Positions 62,530 through 64,000 of a DNA stretch of 64,000 nucleotides are shown piece after piece. The position numbers and the translations under genes were made by a program. The stretch's first letter is position 1, and each line of letters begins with the position of its first letter. The notes under the pieces are model-generated. The model made no database searches. It was given only the letters and a program-made list of their open reading frames with translations, and was not told where the DNA came from. This DNA comes from Alphaproteobacteria bacterium (GTDB taxonomy: Bacteria > Pseudomonadota > Alphaproteobacteria > UBA828): contig OZ243972.1 in assembly GCA_965214705.1 (NCBI GenBank), forward strand, positions 704,001 through 768,000, in the 5' to 3' direction.

Positions 62530-63996
62530 ATGAATGTCAAAGATGGGGCCGCCCACCTGCGCGCGCTCGATAAGGACCGGGCGGTCTATCTCGACGGCGA
62601 GTTGATCACGCGCGTCGCCGACCATCCGGCCTTCGCTTCTGCCTGCCGCTCTGCGGCCGCCCTCTACGACTTCCAGGCGGCCGCAGAGAACGTCGAGCGT
62701 ATGACCTTCGAGACCAAGACTGGGCGCCGCGCGAACCGCGCCTGGCAGATGCCGCGCAGCTACACCGAGCTGGTCGCGAGGCGCGAAGCGCTCACCGCCT
62801 GGGCCGAGCTTCATGCGGGCTTCCTCGGCCGCTCGCCCGATCACCTCGCCTCCTCCATCGCGGGCCAAGCGATGGGGATCGAGGTCTTCGAGCGCCACGG
62901 TGCGCGCCACGCCCATGCGCTCCGCGACTACTACGCCTACGCGCGCGACAACGACCTCTACCTCACCTACGTCATCATCAACCCGCAGGGTGATCGCTCC
63001 AAGTCGTGGGGCGAGCAGGCGAGCGAAGAGATGACCATGCGGGTCGTCGACGAGGACGCGGAAGGCGTGACCGTGCGCGGCGCCAAGATGCTCGGCACCG
63101 GCTCGGTCATGGCCGAGGAAATCCTGGTCGCGAACCTGCAGCCGTTGCAGCCGGGCGAGGAGCGCTTCGCCATCTCCTTCGCGCTGCCGCTCGATACCCG
63201 CGGCCTCAAGGTGCTCTCGCGCAAGAGCTACGAGGCAAGCGCCGTCAGCGCCTGGGACAACCCACTCTCCCACCGCTTCGACGAGAACGATTCCGTCGTC
63301 TATTTCGATGACGTCAAGGTGCCGTGGGAGCGGATCTTCGTCTTCGGCGATACAGACATGTGCCGGGCGCAGTTCCACGACACGCCGGGCCACGTCTTCC
63401 AGAACTACCAGTCGCAGATCCGCCTGGTGGTGAAGCTCAAATTCCTGCTGGCGGTCGCGCGCCGCATCGCCGAGACCATTGGCACCGCCAAGATGCCGCC
63501 GGTGATGGGGCAGCTCGGCGAGATGGCGTCCGAGGTCGCAGCCGTGGAAGGGCTGCTCTACGGCATGGAGAGCGCGGGCGGCATGGTGGGCGAGCACTAC
63601 GTGCCGAATGCGAGCATGATGTACGCCGCACAGGTCCAGACCCAGGCCCTCTACCCACGCCTGATCGACGGGATCCGCTCTCTCGCCGGCGGCAGCCTGA
63701 TCATGCTGCCGTCGTCTGTGGCGGACCTGGGCAACCCGGACATCGCGCCCCTGATTGAGCGCACCCAGGTCTCCTCGCGACCCGGCGAGGGTGCTGCCGA
63801 GCGGATGGCGCTGATGAAGCTTGCCTGGGATGCGGTGGGCTCCGAGTTCGCCGGCCGCCACACCCAGTACGAGATGTTTTACGCAGGCGCCAAGTTCGTC
63901 ACCACCGCGCACTGCTTCAGGCGCTACGACTGGGCCGGCGCCGATCGCATCCTGGAGGGGCTGATGGCCGGCAACGAGGGCCCCGGCGCGCCGTGA
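62530..63996 (+). CDS. 4-hydroxyphenylacetate 3-hydroxylase family oxygenase
   Basis: GRSPDH, INPQGDRS, GAKMLGT, RFDENDS, WDAVGSEFAGRH.QYE.FY.G. Confidence 0.93.
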   Translation: MNVKDGAAHLRALDKDRAVYLDGELITRVADHPAFASACRSAAALYDFQAAAENVERMTFETKTGRRANRAWQMPRSYTELVARREALTAWAELHAGFLGRSPDHLASSIAGQAMGIEVFERHGARHAHALRDYYAYARDNDLYLTYVIINPQGDRSKSWGEQASEEMTMRVVDEDAEGVTVRGAKMLGTGSVMAEEILVANLQPLQPGEERFAISFALPLDTRGLKVLSRKSYEASAVSAWDNPLSHRFDENDSVVYFDDVKVPWERIFVFGDTDMCRAQFHDTPGHVFQNYQSQIRLVVKLKFLLAVARRIAETIGTAKMPPVMGQLGEMASEVAAVEGLLYGMESAGGMVGEHYVPNASMMYAAQVQTQALYPRLIDGIRSLAGGSLIMLPSSVADLGNPDIAPLIERTQVSSRPGEGAAERMALMKLAWDAVGSEFAGRHTQYEMFYAGAKFVTTAHCFRRYDWAGADRILEGLMAGNEGPGAP

Positions 63997-64000
63997 GGGT

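Overview
GC-rich bacterial chromosome segment. Gene content and order (murA-DUF2948-hisG-hisD-UPF0262-LMW phosphatase-maf-rng-tRNA-Phe, soxBDAG, metY) point to an Alphaproteobacterium. The right half (~36-64 kb) is core plus catabolic genes. The left half is an accessory patchwork containing: a form-II CoxL/CoxS molybdoenzyme with Rid and cupin genes and a Liv-type ABC transporter; an IS91-family HUH transposase plus tyrosine recombinase element with a 15-bp inverted motif at both sides; a sugar-type ABC transporter; a truncated C69 peptidase; a surface lipoprotein; a 5'-truncated group II intron; a tRNA-Ser 3' fragment (att-like); a HAL-fold lyase lacking the MIO tripeptide; and a frameshifted LuxR regulator. 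The most striking item is a complete 2,456-bp IS66-family element (32606-35061, GTAAC termini, 8-bp target duplication TCGAGGAG). It carries a compact DNA adenine methyltransferase coupled to its transposase and has inserted into the toxin gene of a Panacea (DUF4065) toxin-antitoxin pair. Removing the element restores an intact 97-aa RelE-like ORF. Family assignments come from recognised motifs only; no database searches were run.
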